From IMG/VR virus record IMGVR_UViG_3300037087_000150, positions 1 to 64,000 of that record: DNA of 64,000 nt. One strand, 5' to 3'. The notes below the pieces were generated by a model. It made no database searches and was not told the DNA's origin. It saw only the letters and a program-made list of their open reading frames with translations. Of this stretch, positions 28,431-37,951 are shown in pieces; the stretch's first letter is position 1, and each line of letters begins with the position of its first letter. A program made the position numbers and the translations under genes. The DNA is from a virus.

Positions 28431-28678
28431 AATTACCTAATAATTAATTTATTATAAGGGTTTTTTCCTTTCATTATTTTTATTTTTTAAAACGATTTTA
28501 AAACGTTTTTTATATATATTACATTGAAAAATCAATTTTTTGACAGCTATTTATGTAAAAAACTGACTTCCACTTATTTACTTTATATCATACCATTAAA
28601 AATAATTGAAAATAATTAATTGATTTCAACAATTTCTTCATGATTGTGGAGAAATATAGTATGACTTATATTTTTTGT

Positions 28679-29131
28679 TTAAACTTTTTTATCGGTAAAT
28701 TCTTTATATGTCATCACATTCTCTGTTACCTTTGAATCCAACTGAGCTCCGATCTTGGACATTTCAAGAGAATATAGTATATTTTGAACAAAACTTTTAA
28801 AAGGAATTCCCTTATGTTGTTCGTATTCTATCTCTAAATCCTTTAAATCTTTAACCAAGTGATTGATGTTTTTTCCTTTACTGAAAAATTTCGTCAACAT
28901 TGGTTTATATTTCGTTGGATGTATATCTCCCTCTTGTTGTGCTATTATGTCTTTATATTTAGTTTCTAATAAATTAAAGATTCTCTCTTTTATTTTTCTT
29001 TCACATTGGGATTTTTCTGTTCTTTGTAAACCATTATCCACAATTTCCTCTTTTTCCTCTGGATATTTTCCTTCGGGTGCTTTTCTTAGTTTGGGAACAA
29101 ATTTCTCCCTGATTTTATTACGATAGTCCAT
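28679..29131 (-). CDS. Hypothetical late protein with C-terminal CTS-like motif
   Basis: Ends VTENVMTYKEFTDKKV; CAATATATA upstream. Confidence 0.6.
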   Translation of the reverse strand: MDYRNKIREKFVPKLRKAPEGKYPEEKEEIVDNGLQRTEKSQCERKIKERIFNLLETKYKDIIAQQEGDIHPTKYKPMLTKFFSKGKNINHLVKDLKDLEIEYEQHKGIPFKSFVQNILYSLEMSKIGAQLDSKVTENVMTYKEFTDKKV

Positions 29132-29267
29132 TCAAAAATCTTTTATTTCTATATATTGATTTTATGAATAACAAAAGTCTACTAATATATAACATTTTAT
29201 CAAAATAAAAAATTAAAAACTATATAAACATTCGAATATATAATGATTTACAAAAGAATCCTATTAA

Positions 29268-32200
29268 TTGATGAAGGAAAAAGCTAAAACCATTGAGCAA
29301 CGATATGTACATTTAGAGCAAAGGGATCAAATTTTATTAAGACCCGATACACAAATTGGAACAGTTTTAACAGAAGATAGAAACCTATTCGTTGTTGATG
29401 ATGTTAATAATATAGAAAATATAAAGATAGTAAATCGATCAGTTAAGTACAATCCGGGATTTTTCAAAATAATTGATGAAGTGCTAACAAACGCTTCAGA
29501 TCATTCCATCAGAACGGGTCAAGTTAAGAATATAAGGGTGATCGTGGAGAATGACCACATAGAAATAGAGAATGATGGTCCGGGTATTCCTGTCGTAATT
29601 CATAAAGAACAGAAATTATATGTTCCAGAAATGACATTCGGTTTACTCCAAACAAGTGAAAATTATGATGACACCGTAAAAAGAACTTGGGGTGGAAGAA
29701 ATGGAATTGGTGCTAAATTAACAAATATCTTTTCGAAAAGATTCATAGTCGAAACAGCGGATGGTAAAAATAAATTTTATCAGGAATTCACTGATAATAT
29801 GTCCAAGAAAACAAAGCCAAAAATAAGATCTCTTAAAAAGAATTACACTAAAATAACATTCTATCCTGATTTCGAAAGATTTGGAATACAAGAAATCGAT
29901 GATGAAATAAAATCAGTTATAGTAAGAAGATGTGTTGATATAGCTGTTTATTCTGGTGTGAAAGTGTTTTATAATGGTATTCAAATACCGATCAAGAATT
30001 TTAAAGATTACATGAAGATGTTCGTAGATGATACCGCTGAACTATTCACTGAGAAACTCGATGAAAATTGGGAAATCGGGGTATCCAAATCAGTTGATGG
30101 TGGTTTTAATCAAATATCAATGGTTAACGGATTATCCACAAACAGGGGTGGTACTCATGTAAATTATATCAGTAATCAACTTACAAAATCAGCACAGGAA
30201 TTATTAGCTAAGAAATATAAGAACCTGAACATAAAACCAAATGATATAAAAAACAACATCTTTCTCTTTGTTAATACAAAAGTAATAAATCCGAGTTTTG
30301 ATGAACAATGGAAAGAAACATTAAACACAAAAGTAAACGGTGATGGTCCGGTATTATCTGAAAAAATTATAAAACAATTTACCAATTCGGAAATTGTAGA
30401 AGAAGTTATCAGGTTTTTACATATCAAGGAACAAGTTGATACTAAAAAAGAAATTGGTAGACATAAAATCAAAATTAGTAAATTAGAGGACGCTAAGAAA
30501 GCCGGTACATATGAAAGTGATAAGTGTTATCTGATGTTGTGTGAGGGTGATTCCGCTTCCAACCAAGTTATATCTGGATTATCTGAGGTAGACAGTTCTT
30601 ACTTTGGTATTTTTCCGCTTCGTGGAAAACCATTAAATGTAAGAGAAGTCAATTTAGCGAAAGTTCGTGAAAATGAAGAAATGAAAAATATTATCAATAT
30701 CCTTGGTCTGGAATTCGGTAAAAAATATACTGACACATCCAAACTAAGATACGGTAAAGTTGTTTTCTTCTCTGACCAAGATGTTGACGGTGCTCACATC
30801 AAAGGATTATTGATTAATATGATTGATACTTTCTGGCCTGAATTATTAAAATTGGATTTTATTTACGAGTTCATGACACCAATCATGAAAGTCTATGATG
30901 ATAAGAAATTCGTTAAATATTTTTATAGGTTAGGTGATTGGGAAAAATATCGAAAAGAAAATGATGTAGATAAATACAATAAGAAGTATTTTAAGGGGCT
31001 GGGAACGATTGAAGATGAAGAAATGAAGGAATTCTTCAGGAATATGAAAAAACACCTTATACGATTCTATTATGACCTCAAATCGAATACAGATGACCTT
31101 ATCGATTTAGTATTCGAGAAAAAAAGGGCAGATGACAGAAAAGAGTGGATGAAAGCGTATAGTGCTACTGATTTCATAGATAAATTTACTACTAAACAAA
31201 CTTATGACAAATTCATCAACAGTGAATTGATGGAATGGAGTATGGCTGATAATAACCGTATGATTCCAAATTTAATTGATGGATTTAAACCCGTACAGAG
31301 AAAAGTACTTTATTGCTTTCATAAAAAAGGAATAAGGGGTGAAATTAAGGTAACAGCTTTAACTGGAGCCATCATGGAAAGTTTGGCTTACCATAATGGT
31401 GATGTTTCTGGTAATAAGGCAATCATCGGAATGGCTCAAAACTTTGTCGGAACAAACAACTTGAATTTAATAATCGGTAAGGGAAACTTTGGTTCGAGAT
31501 TAAAAGGGGGTGAAAACGCGGCCAGTCCAAGATACATCTTCACGAAGTTGAACGATTTAACCCCTTATATTTTCTTAAAAGAAGATTTGGATGTTTTGGA
31601 TTATCAAACTGATGATGGATCACCAATTGAACCTGTTTATTTTGTACCTATCGTTCCAATGGTTTTAATCAATGGGGCAAGTGGTATTGGTTCTGGATAT
31701 TCAACCAACATTCCAAGTTTTAATCCATCAGAAATCATCACCTATTTATCAAATAAAATAAAAGGTAAGAAGAATAACATTGAACTAAAACCTTATTATA
31801 AGGATTTCAAAGGGGAAATTGTTTTAGATACTGAGAACAGTAGATATGTTTCCAAAGGTATCATGACTAAAATTTCAGATCACATTTACGACATAACCGA
31901 ACTTCCTTTATGGACTTGGAACGATTCATATTACGAATATTTGGATAAATTATCAGAAGATGAAAAAGACAAGAATGGAAAACTGATAAGAAAAGCATAT
32001 ATTCGTGATTGGATAAAAAATGGTAATGATAAAGATGTCAAAATTAAAATATATCTTCAAAGAGATGTTCCACCAGAATTCATAGCTAATATCTGGAAAA
32101 ATCTAAAAATGGAAACTTATATTTCATATAGTAATATGTATCTTTTTGATGAACACAGACAATTAAAAAAGTTTGATACTCAATATGATATAATTGACTA

Positions 32201-32570
32201 TTTTTATAATGTTCGTTTGGATTTTTATAAAATAAGAAAAGAACATCAAATAGAGGAACTGAAATTTGAAACTGAAGTCCTGAGGAACAAGATGTTGTTC
32301 ATAAAAAATGTCATCGAAGATAATATAAAGGTTAGTAAAAGATCAAAAGATGAAGTAGAAGCCGATATAATCAAATTAAATTTAATGAGGGTTAATGGTA
32401 CATTTGCTTATCTTTTGAATATGTCTATTGTTAGTTTAACCAAAGAAAAACTCATTGAACTCAAAGAAGAATTCGATAGAAGTAAAGAAAAGATTAAAGT
32501 ATTACAATCCACATCTATCGAGGATATCTGGTTAGAAGAACTCAATGAATTGAAAAAGAGATTGAAATAA
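29268..32570 (+). CDS. Single-chain type IIA DNA topoisomerase (ATPase, TOPRIM and breakage-reunion domains fused)
   Basis: DEVLTNASD, GGRNGIGAKL, CEGDSA, PLRGK, DQDVDG, KGLGT, DGFKPVQRK, catalytic ASPRY. Confidence 0.95.
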   Translation: MMKEKAKTIEQRYVHLEQRDQILLRPDTQIGTVLTEDRNLFVVDDVNNIENIKIVNRSVKYNPGFFKIIDEVLTNASDHSIRTGQVKNIRVIVENDHIEIENDGPGIPVVIHKEQKLYVPEMTFGLLQTSENYDDTVKRTWGGRNGIGAKLTNIFSKRFIVETADGKNKFYQEFTDNMSKKTKPKIRSLKKNYTKITFYPDFERFGIQEIDDEIKSVIVRRCVDIAVYSGVKVFYNGIQIPIKNFKDYMKMFVDDTAELFTEKLDENWEIGVSKSVDGGFNQISMVNGLSTNRGGTHVNYISNQLTKSAQELLAKKYKNLNIKPNDIKNNIFLFVNTKVINPSFDEQWKETLNTKVNGDGPVLSEKIIKQFTNSEIVEEVIRFLHIKEQVDTKKEIGRHKIKISKLEDAKKAGTYESDKCYLMLCEGDSASNQVISGLSEVDSSYFGIFPLRGKPLNVREVNLAKVRENEEMKNIINILGLEFGKKYTDTSKLRYGKVVFFSDQDVDGAHIKGLLINMIDTFWPELLKLDFIYEFMTPIMKVYDDKKFVKYFYRLGDWEKYRKENDVDKYNKKYFKGLGTIEDEEMKEFFRNMKKHLIRFYYDLKSNTDDLIDLVFEKKRADDRKEWMKAYSATDFIDKFTTKQTYDKFINSELMEWSMADNNRMIPNLIDGFKPVQRKVLYCFHKKGIRGEIKVTALTGAIMESLAYHNGDVSGNKAIIGMAQNFVGTNNLNLIIGKGNFGSRLKGGENAASPRYIFTKLNDLTPYIFLKEDLDVLDYQTDDGSPIEPVYFVPIVPMVLINGASGIGSGYSTNIPSFNPSEIITYLSNKIKGKKNNIELKPYYKDFKGEIVLDTENSRYVSKGIMTKISDHIYDITELPLWTWNDSYYEYLDKLSEDEKDKNGKLIRKAYIRDWIKNGNDKDVKIKIYLQRDVPPEFIANIWKNLKMETYISYSNMYLFDEHRQLKKFDTQYDIIDYFYNVRLDFYKIRKEHQIEELKFETEVLRNKMLFIKNVIEDNIKVSKRSKDEVEADIIKLNLMRVNGTFAYLLNMSIVSLTKEKLIELKEEFDRSKEKIKVLQSTSIEDIWLEELNELKKRLK

Positions 32571-32571
32571 A

Positions 32572-32814
32572 ATGTGGTCAGAAACGGGAATTGGAACTGG
32601 AACATTCTGGAAGGATCATTTTTATTGTCCTATTTGTGATAAGAATGGAAATATCGAAGTAATGGAAATTGAATTTATAAAAGAAAATTACAATGAAAAA
32701 CACAATAAATGCCATAATTGTAATTCCCTATTAAAAGATACCCAACTTTTAACATATGAAGAACATATAAATAACGAAAGAAATAAAAAATTAAATGAAA
32801 TATTATGGGACTGA
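32572..32814 (+). CDS. Zn-ribbon protein with C-terminal INxxRxxKLxxIL motif
   Basis: CPIC/CHNC; HINNERNKKLNEIL. Confidence 0.75.
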   Translation: MWSETGIGTGTFWKDHFYCPICDKNGNIEVMEIEFIKENYNEKHNKCHNCNSLLKDTQLLTYEEHINNERNKKLNEILWD

Positions 32815-33041
32815 CAGATTTTACAATCCCCACTGAAATGATAGGAACAACATCAACATATTTAAAATGGTTCGAAGATAGTCACTGTCCTAAATGTGGG
32901 TCGAATGACGGAATGTATTTCGATGAAAATAATAATGAATGTAAACAATGCCATTGGAAAGGAGAAGTGTCAGACTTATTAGACGATGAAGAATATATAA
33001 ATAAAACAAGATCAGAAAAATTAAAGGAAATTTTAAAATGA
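32805..33041 (+). CDS. Zn-ribbon protein with C-terminal motif
   Basis: CPKC/CKQC; YINKTRSEKLKEIL. Confidence 0.75.
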   Translation: MGLTDFTIPTEMIGTTSTYLKWFEDSHCPKCGSNDGMYFDENNNECKQCHWKGEVSDLLDDEEYINKTRSEKLKEILK

Positions 33042-33265
33042 CAGAAAAATGGACAAGTGATTTGATCACCTTTCTCAATGATAGTTCATCATTAAAATAT
33101 TGTCCGAAATGTGGATATGGAGCGGAAAAAATAAGAGGTTATCACTTAACCATAGGTAATAAATGTGAAAGGTGTGATTGGAGCGGAAAATTTTCAGATT
33201 TATTAAATTACGAACAAATGATAAATAAAACAAGATCAGAAAAATTAAAAGAAATATTATTATGA
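33038..33265 (+). CDS. Zn-ribbon protein with C-terminal motif
   Basis: CPKC/CERC; MINKTRSEKLKEIL. Confidence 0.75.
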   Translation: MTEKWTSDLITFLNDSSSLKYCPKCGYGAEKIRGYHLTIGNKCERCDWSGKFSDLLNYEQMINKTRSEKLKEILL

Positions 33266-33759
33266 TAATAAACAAGGAATCAAGAAAAAAATTAATAGAT
33301 GAATATTATCATAAGGAAGAAGAAATATTTTTGAGGACATTGGATCTTACAGATAATGAAATAAAAAAAATAACTCAAACACCAATAAATTATGACACTA
33401 ATGAATATAAAGATTTTTCTATTGGACATCTTAAAGAAGATTTGAAAGATTTTGTTACTGATGAATATTATAAAACTGGTGGAATTGACTTTGATTCCGA
33501 TATGGCTTTAGAATTGTTATATGATAAAGAATATATGTTATATGAAAAGATTAATAATCACATAACAGAAGAAAATCATAAAATTTTTGTTGATGATATA
33601 AAAATAATTTTTGGTGTTTTTTCTGATTCTGATTATCCTCTTTCAATATGCTATTTTGAAAAAGATAATACTATTTGTTCTATGAAAAGTAGATACAATT
33701 ACATGGAACATTTTATTAATTTTAATAGAAGTAAAAAATTAAAAGATATACTATCATGA
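33262..33759 (+). CDS. Hypothetical protein with C-terminal motif
   Basis: FINFNRSKKLKDIL. Confidence 0.7.
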   Translation: MIINKESRKKLIDEYYHKEEEIFLRTLDLTDNEIKKITQTPINYDTNEYKDFSIGHLKEDLKDFVTDEYYKTGGIDFDSDMALELLYDKEYMLYEKINNHITEENHKIFVDDIKIIFGVFSDSDYPLSICYFEKDNTICSMKSRYNYMEHFINFNRSKKLKDILS

Positions 33760-34034
33760 AACCATTTAACTTAGAAGAACATTTAGATTGGCTAAAATTT
33801 ATCGATGGAAAACAAGAATATGACACTTCTTCAGTGGGTCAATATCAAGGATTGGTTTGTCCTGAATGTGGAAGCGAAAAAATATATCATCATAATAGGG
33901 GTGGAGGTGATGAAAAATCATGGTTTGAATGTGAAAAATGCCATTATATGAATAATGGAGATGTGAAAAATATCCCGACTTATGAAGAATATATAAATAA
34001 AACGAGATCCGAAAAATTAGGAGATATATTATGA
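33756..34034 (+). CDS. Zn-ribbon protein with C-terminal motif
   Basis: CPEC/CEKC; YINKTRSEKLGDIL. Confidence 0.75.
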   Translation: MKPFNLEEHLDWLKFIDGKQEYDTSSVGQYQGLVCPECGSEKIYHHNRGGGDEKSWFECEKCHYMNNGDVKNIPTYEEYINKTRSEKLGDIL

Positions 34035-34486
34035 CAAAAACTGGAAATCATTGTCCATCAGGTGTACCGGGAGTATCGGGTGCTGCTGGTTTTCCGGCCA
34101 ATAGTGATTATTGGATTAAAGAAATCAATGGTGATTATTGGGTTAATGATTTAATTAAAGAAATTAACGAAAATGGAAAGTCGAGTAATAAATATACACA
34201 ATCCAAACATATAATAAATGGAGAAGAATATATTTTTTATTCTGGGGGATCAGCAAAAATAACCACTTTGAATGGTGTTATCGAATCAATAGATGATAAT
34301 CCGGCTGTGGAATATGGTGAATTTGTAAAATATTGGTTCAAGAATAATAAACTTCATAGAGAACATCATCCAGCTATAATTACAAGTGGTGGAGTAAAAA
34401 TGTATTTTTTGAATGATATTGAATTTACAGAAGAAGAATTCATTAATGATGACAGAAATAAAAAGTTAAAAGATATATTATGTTAA
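34031..34486 (+). CDS. Beta-hairpin repeat protein with C-terminal motif
   Basis: DDNPAVEY / LHREHHPAII repeats; FINDDRNKKLKDIL. Confidence 0.7.
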   Translation: MTKTGNHCPSGVPGVSGAAGFPANSDYWIKEINGDYWVNDLIKEINENGKSSNKYTQSKHIINGEEYIFYSGGSAKITTLNGVIESIDDNPAVEYGEFVKYWFKNNKLHREHHPAIITSGGVKMYFLNDIEFTEEEFINDDRNKKLKDILC

Positions 34487-35025
34487 CAGCTAAAGAAAAA
34501 AGTTATGTCATCTGTAAAGATGAGCTAATAACATTTTACCCCCCTTTAAATTGTCCTGAATGTAATTCTGACCAAGTTCATCCTTTCTACGCCACGAGTT
34601 TCTCTTATTGTAATTCTTGTAATTGGGAAGGACATAATGAAGATCTTATATGTAATCATATCTATTCCGAAATAGAATTGAAGATGATGGAATGGAAAAA
34701 AAAGTTTTACCCCGAATATCATAAAAGAATTTTAGAAAATATTGATAAAAATTATCATCACGGTAATCATTTCTCACCAGCAACAAGTCAATGGTTTAAA
34801 TTTGGTGATAAATATAAAAATAATAATCAATGTTTTTATTGTCCTAACTGTGGATCAAATCATGGTCGTATGATGATTTATATGAATATATATGAATGGG
34901 CTGAATGTTTAGGTTGTGGTTGGAAAGGTAATAATGAAGATTTATTCGAATCGAATGAAGAATATATCAATAGTAATAGAAGTAAAAAATTAAAAGAAAT
35001 ATTATATGATAAAAACACCGTTTAA
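34480..35025 (+). CDS. Double Zn-ribbon protein with C-terminal motif
   Basis: Two CPxC..CxxCxWxG units; YINSNRSKKLKEIL. Confidence 0.75.
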   Translation: MLTAKEKSYVICKDELITFYPPLNCPECNSDQVHPFYATSFSYCNSCNWEGHNEDLICNHIYSEIELKMMEWKKKFYPEYHKRILENIDKNYHHGNHFSPATSQWFKFGDKYKNNNQCFYCPNCGSNHGRMMIYMNIYEWAECLGCGWKGNNEDLFESNEEYINSNRSKKLKEILYDKNTV

Positions 35026-35769
35026 TTATACAGGATCTAAACTGAATCTAAGAATTCTTTGATATTTATCAACGATATTAGTTACTAAACCATTATTCAT
35101 GTCAATGATGTGATTAAAGAGCTAATAGACATTCACAGACAACTTATTAATAATCCAGATGAAATAATAGAAGAAGTTAAAAAATTGGCCAATTGTAAAG
35201 ATGACCAAGAAAAATATAATCAGTTGAGAAATTCATATAATGAAAATGGAAAAACGGCAGCCAAATTATGGGCACTCATGCTGAGTTGCACAAATAATAT
35301 GATGAGATTCAATAAAAGCTTGGATTTTAATCAAACATGGGGTAAAAGAGGATGGAATCCAGCCACCGAAAATAAGGTAAAAGAATTCGTAAATCATGTT
35401 TCAAAACATAAGAACAAAATATATTTATCAGCTGTGAATTTTTACGATGTTCCAATAGATCCAAAAGGAATGTACTATGTGGACCCTCCTTACACAAATA
35501 CAGAAGCTGGGTATAACGCTTATTGGTCTAAAAACTTAGAAACCAGACTTTATAATTACTTGAGAGAAGTTGATAAAAGAGGTGGTTCATTCGCGTTATC
35601 TGGTATCATCGGAGAACATAAAGACGGTGAAAGAGCCTTCATTATTGATAAATTAATTGAAGATGGTTATAATCATTCAGTACTTGATTTTGGATATGAA
35701 AAAGTGGCCAGAAAGAAAGAAAGTAAAAACTCTAAGGAAGTTTTGATATATAATTACTATAAGGTTTAA
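35006..35769 (+). pseudogene. dam: Disrupted Dam-family adenine methyltransferase
   Basis: MIKTPFNYTGSK at 35006 stops at 35062; the remainder (HVND...RFN...DPPY...EVLIYNY) is in another frame; SAM-binding motif I is absent. Confidence 0.8.
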
Positions 35770-35781
35770 AACTATACCGGC

Positions 35782-36030
35782 ATGAGAAAATTTTTAATAT
35801 TAGTTTCTTTTCTATTTTTATTTTTACTTACAACATCTTGTGATTCTGTTTCTCAAAGAGTGGAATTTGACTATGATCATTATGAAGTTGTCACTTGGAA
35901 TACATTTAAACACGATCATTATGATTATGATTCGAGAGTTTCAACGGACTGTATTAAATGTATAGATTCTATAAAAAAATCGGAATACGAAATAGCAAAA
36001 AAGAGAATCAAAGAATTCAACAAATTATGA
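35782..36030 (+). CDS. Putative lipoprotein
   Basis: MRK + hydrophobic stretch + LTTSC lipobox-like sequence. Confidence 0.6.
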   Translation: MRKFLILVSFLFLFLLTTSCDSVSQRVEFDYDHYEVVTWNTFKHDHYDYDSRVSTDCIKCIDSIKKSEYEIAKKRIKEFNKL

Positions 36031-36148
36031 AAATAGTAGAAAAACTTAAAGAGGCAAAATTCTATCTGAACAAGCCTTATGATTTAAATTCACACGATAA
36101 AGGTATTATACTCTTAAATAATATCATTAAATCATTGGAAAAAAAATA

Positions 36149-36364
36149 ATGGAAAAAATGAAAACACGAATTAAAGCAATATTCAAAGGGTTAGATGGTT
36201 CTTTGGGATATATGAAAAATTTCGATTATGACTTATACATTGGTATTGTCGATAATGGTGAAATACAAATTGAAGCATTATATCATACAGAAACAAAAAT
36301 ATGTAATTATTCAAACATAATAACCTTTTTAGAAAATTGGGATTTAATAAGAAATAATGATTAA
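36149..36364 (+). CDS. Hypothetical protein
   Basis: 71-aa coupled ORF. Confidence 0.6.
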   Translation: MEKMKTRIKAIFKGLDGSLGYMKNFDYDLYIGIVDNGEIQIEALYHTETKICNYSNIITFLENWDLIRNND

Positions 36365-36833
36365 TATTCTTCATATGAAAATAGTAAAAGAGGAAGAAAA
36401 ATTATCACCAGATGAATTAATTCATTCATTTAAGGTAGATGTTAATGTAGAAGCAGTCTCAGAAATAGATGAAACAGTGGCTTCAAGAATTATTAACTGT
36501 TTAGACGAAGATGAAAAAAAACTGATTCATTATTTCAACAAACCAATTAGTGGAAAAGTCTATTTATCATATCCTCTCAATGTAATTGTGGAAGTTGATA
36601 TAGATGAATGTAAAACCATTGGTTCACTTTTATCTAAAATAGCTAAATCATATAAGAATATATACGATACTGAGGATGAAACCCAGACAAATTATCAACC
36701 AGCAGGATCTCTCTTAAATAGAGGTGAAACAGATGGAACATTTGGAATTTGGGGTCATGTTATAAGTGATTTATACTTCGAAAGAGTGAGTGTCTACAAA
36801 AACGGATTGATCGAACTTGGAATCGGTTCATGA
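36357..36833 (+). CDS. Hypothetical protein
   Basis: 158-aa ORF; NRGETDGTFGIWGH..DL motif. Confidence 0.7.
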   Translation: MINILHMKIVKEEEKLSPDELIHSFKVDVNVEAVSEIDETVASRIINCLDEDEKKLIHYFNKPISGKVYLSYPLNVIVEVDIDECKTIGSLLSKIAKSYKNIYDTEDETQTNYQPAGSLLNRGETDGTFGIWGHVISDLYFERVSVYKNGLIELGIGS

Positions 36834-37273
36834 TGAATAAAATAAAGAACATAGCTTTAGTCGCTCACGATAATTGTAAAAAAGATTTAATTGAATGGAT
36901 TGAGTTTAATAAAGAAATTCTTTCTAAACATAAATTTGTTTGTACAGGGGAAACTGGTAAATTAGTTCAAAATGTATTTGATAAAGATATAAATCTTATT
37001 TTGTTAAAAAGCGGACATTTGGGTGGGGATCAACAATTGGGATCTATGATTTCAAATAATGAAATTGATATTCTTATATTCTTTTGGGATTCAATGCAAC
37101 CACATTCTCATGATGTAGACATTAAAGCTCTTTTGAGAATATCAGTCTTATATAATATACCAACTGCTTGTAATCGTTCAACTGCCGATTTTATTATTTC
37201 TTCATATTTATTCGAACAGGAATATGAACCAAAATTAACTGATTATTCAGATTATATCAATAGAAACATATGA
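36830..37273 (+). CDS. mgsA: Methylglyoxal synthase
   Basis: IALVAHD, TGETG, SGHLGGDQQLG, HSHDVDIKALLR, PTACNRSTADF. Confidence 0.95.
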   Translation: MMNKIKNIALVAHDNCKKDLIEWIEFNKEILSKHKFVCTGETGKLVQNVFDKDINLILLKSGHLGGDQQLGSMISNNEIDILIFFWDSMQPHSHDVDIKALLRISVLYNIPTACNRSTADFIISSYLFEQEYEPKLTDYSDYINRNI

Positions 37274-37749
37274 GAGCACCAGAAAGAATTAAAATTTATT
37301 TGGATTTATTGAAAGAAAGATCTAAAACATCAACACCAATGATAGTAAAAGAATTAATAACTTCTGATACCTTGAATGTAGATGAATTATATAATGAATT
37401 GGAAAGGGTATGGTTGGAAAATCCTGATTGGAGATTTACTCAACTTTGTGTGAATACTGGACTTATACCCAACTTACCGGGAATGTGGTATTATACTGAG
37501 GATAGAGAATTTATGGAAGGTTTGGGGTTTCCAATGAGAGAGATATTATTATGGGGAACTCGTGGGAAAAAAGGAAATGAACCATTAAGATATATCCAAT
37601 TAAAAGATATGACCAATGAACACATCCAATCTATTCTTGATACTCAGACACAGTTAAACAAAGAAACCAAACAATTTTTCTCGAATGAATTAGAACTTCG
37701 TAAAGAGAAACCAGAATTAAACATCTTTGAAAATGTTACAGAAATTTGA
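37270..37749 (+). CDS. Hypothetical protein
   Basis: W..NPDWRFTQL and WGTRGKKG...DMTNEHI motifs. Confidence 0.7.
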   Translation: MRAPERIKIYLDLLKERSKTSTPMIVKELITSDTLNVDELYNELERVWLENPDWRFTQLCVNTGLIPNLPGMWYYTEDREFMEGLGFPMREILLWGTRGKKGNEPLRYIQLKDMTNEHIQSILDTQTQLNKETKQFFSNELELRKEKPELNIFENVTEI

Positions 37750-37951
37750 AGAATATCAATCATTAAAAGGCTGGATCAAATATCAAAGACTTGAACAAAT
37801 GTATGCGGTTCGTTTAATGTTTGTAAGTAATTTACCAGATGATGATCCTAACAAGGAAGAATTAATTCAATCTTCTTTAAATTTAGTCCACAACGCTCAT
37901 AGAAGTCGTATGGAACAAAGAGAATTGTATGTAAATTCAGTAAGAAAATGA
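37733..37951 (+). CDS. Hypothetical protein
   Basis: ATG 37733 overlapping the previous gene. Confidence 0.5.
   Translation: MLQKFEEYQSLKGWIKYQRLEQMYAVRLMFVSNLPDDDPNKEELIQSSLNLVHNAHRSRMEQRELYVNSVRK

Noticed and set aside
29268-32570. Eukaryotic giant virus origin of the contig
   Set aside because: Baseplate genes, bacterial promoters, operonic overlaps and bacterial-type enzymes indicate a tailed phage
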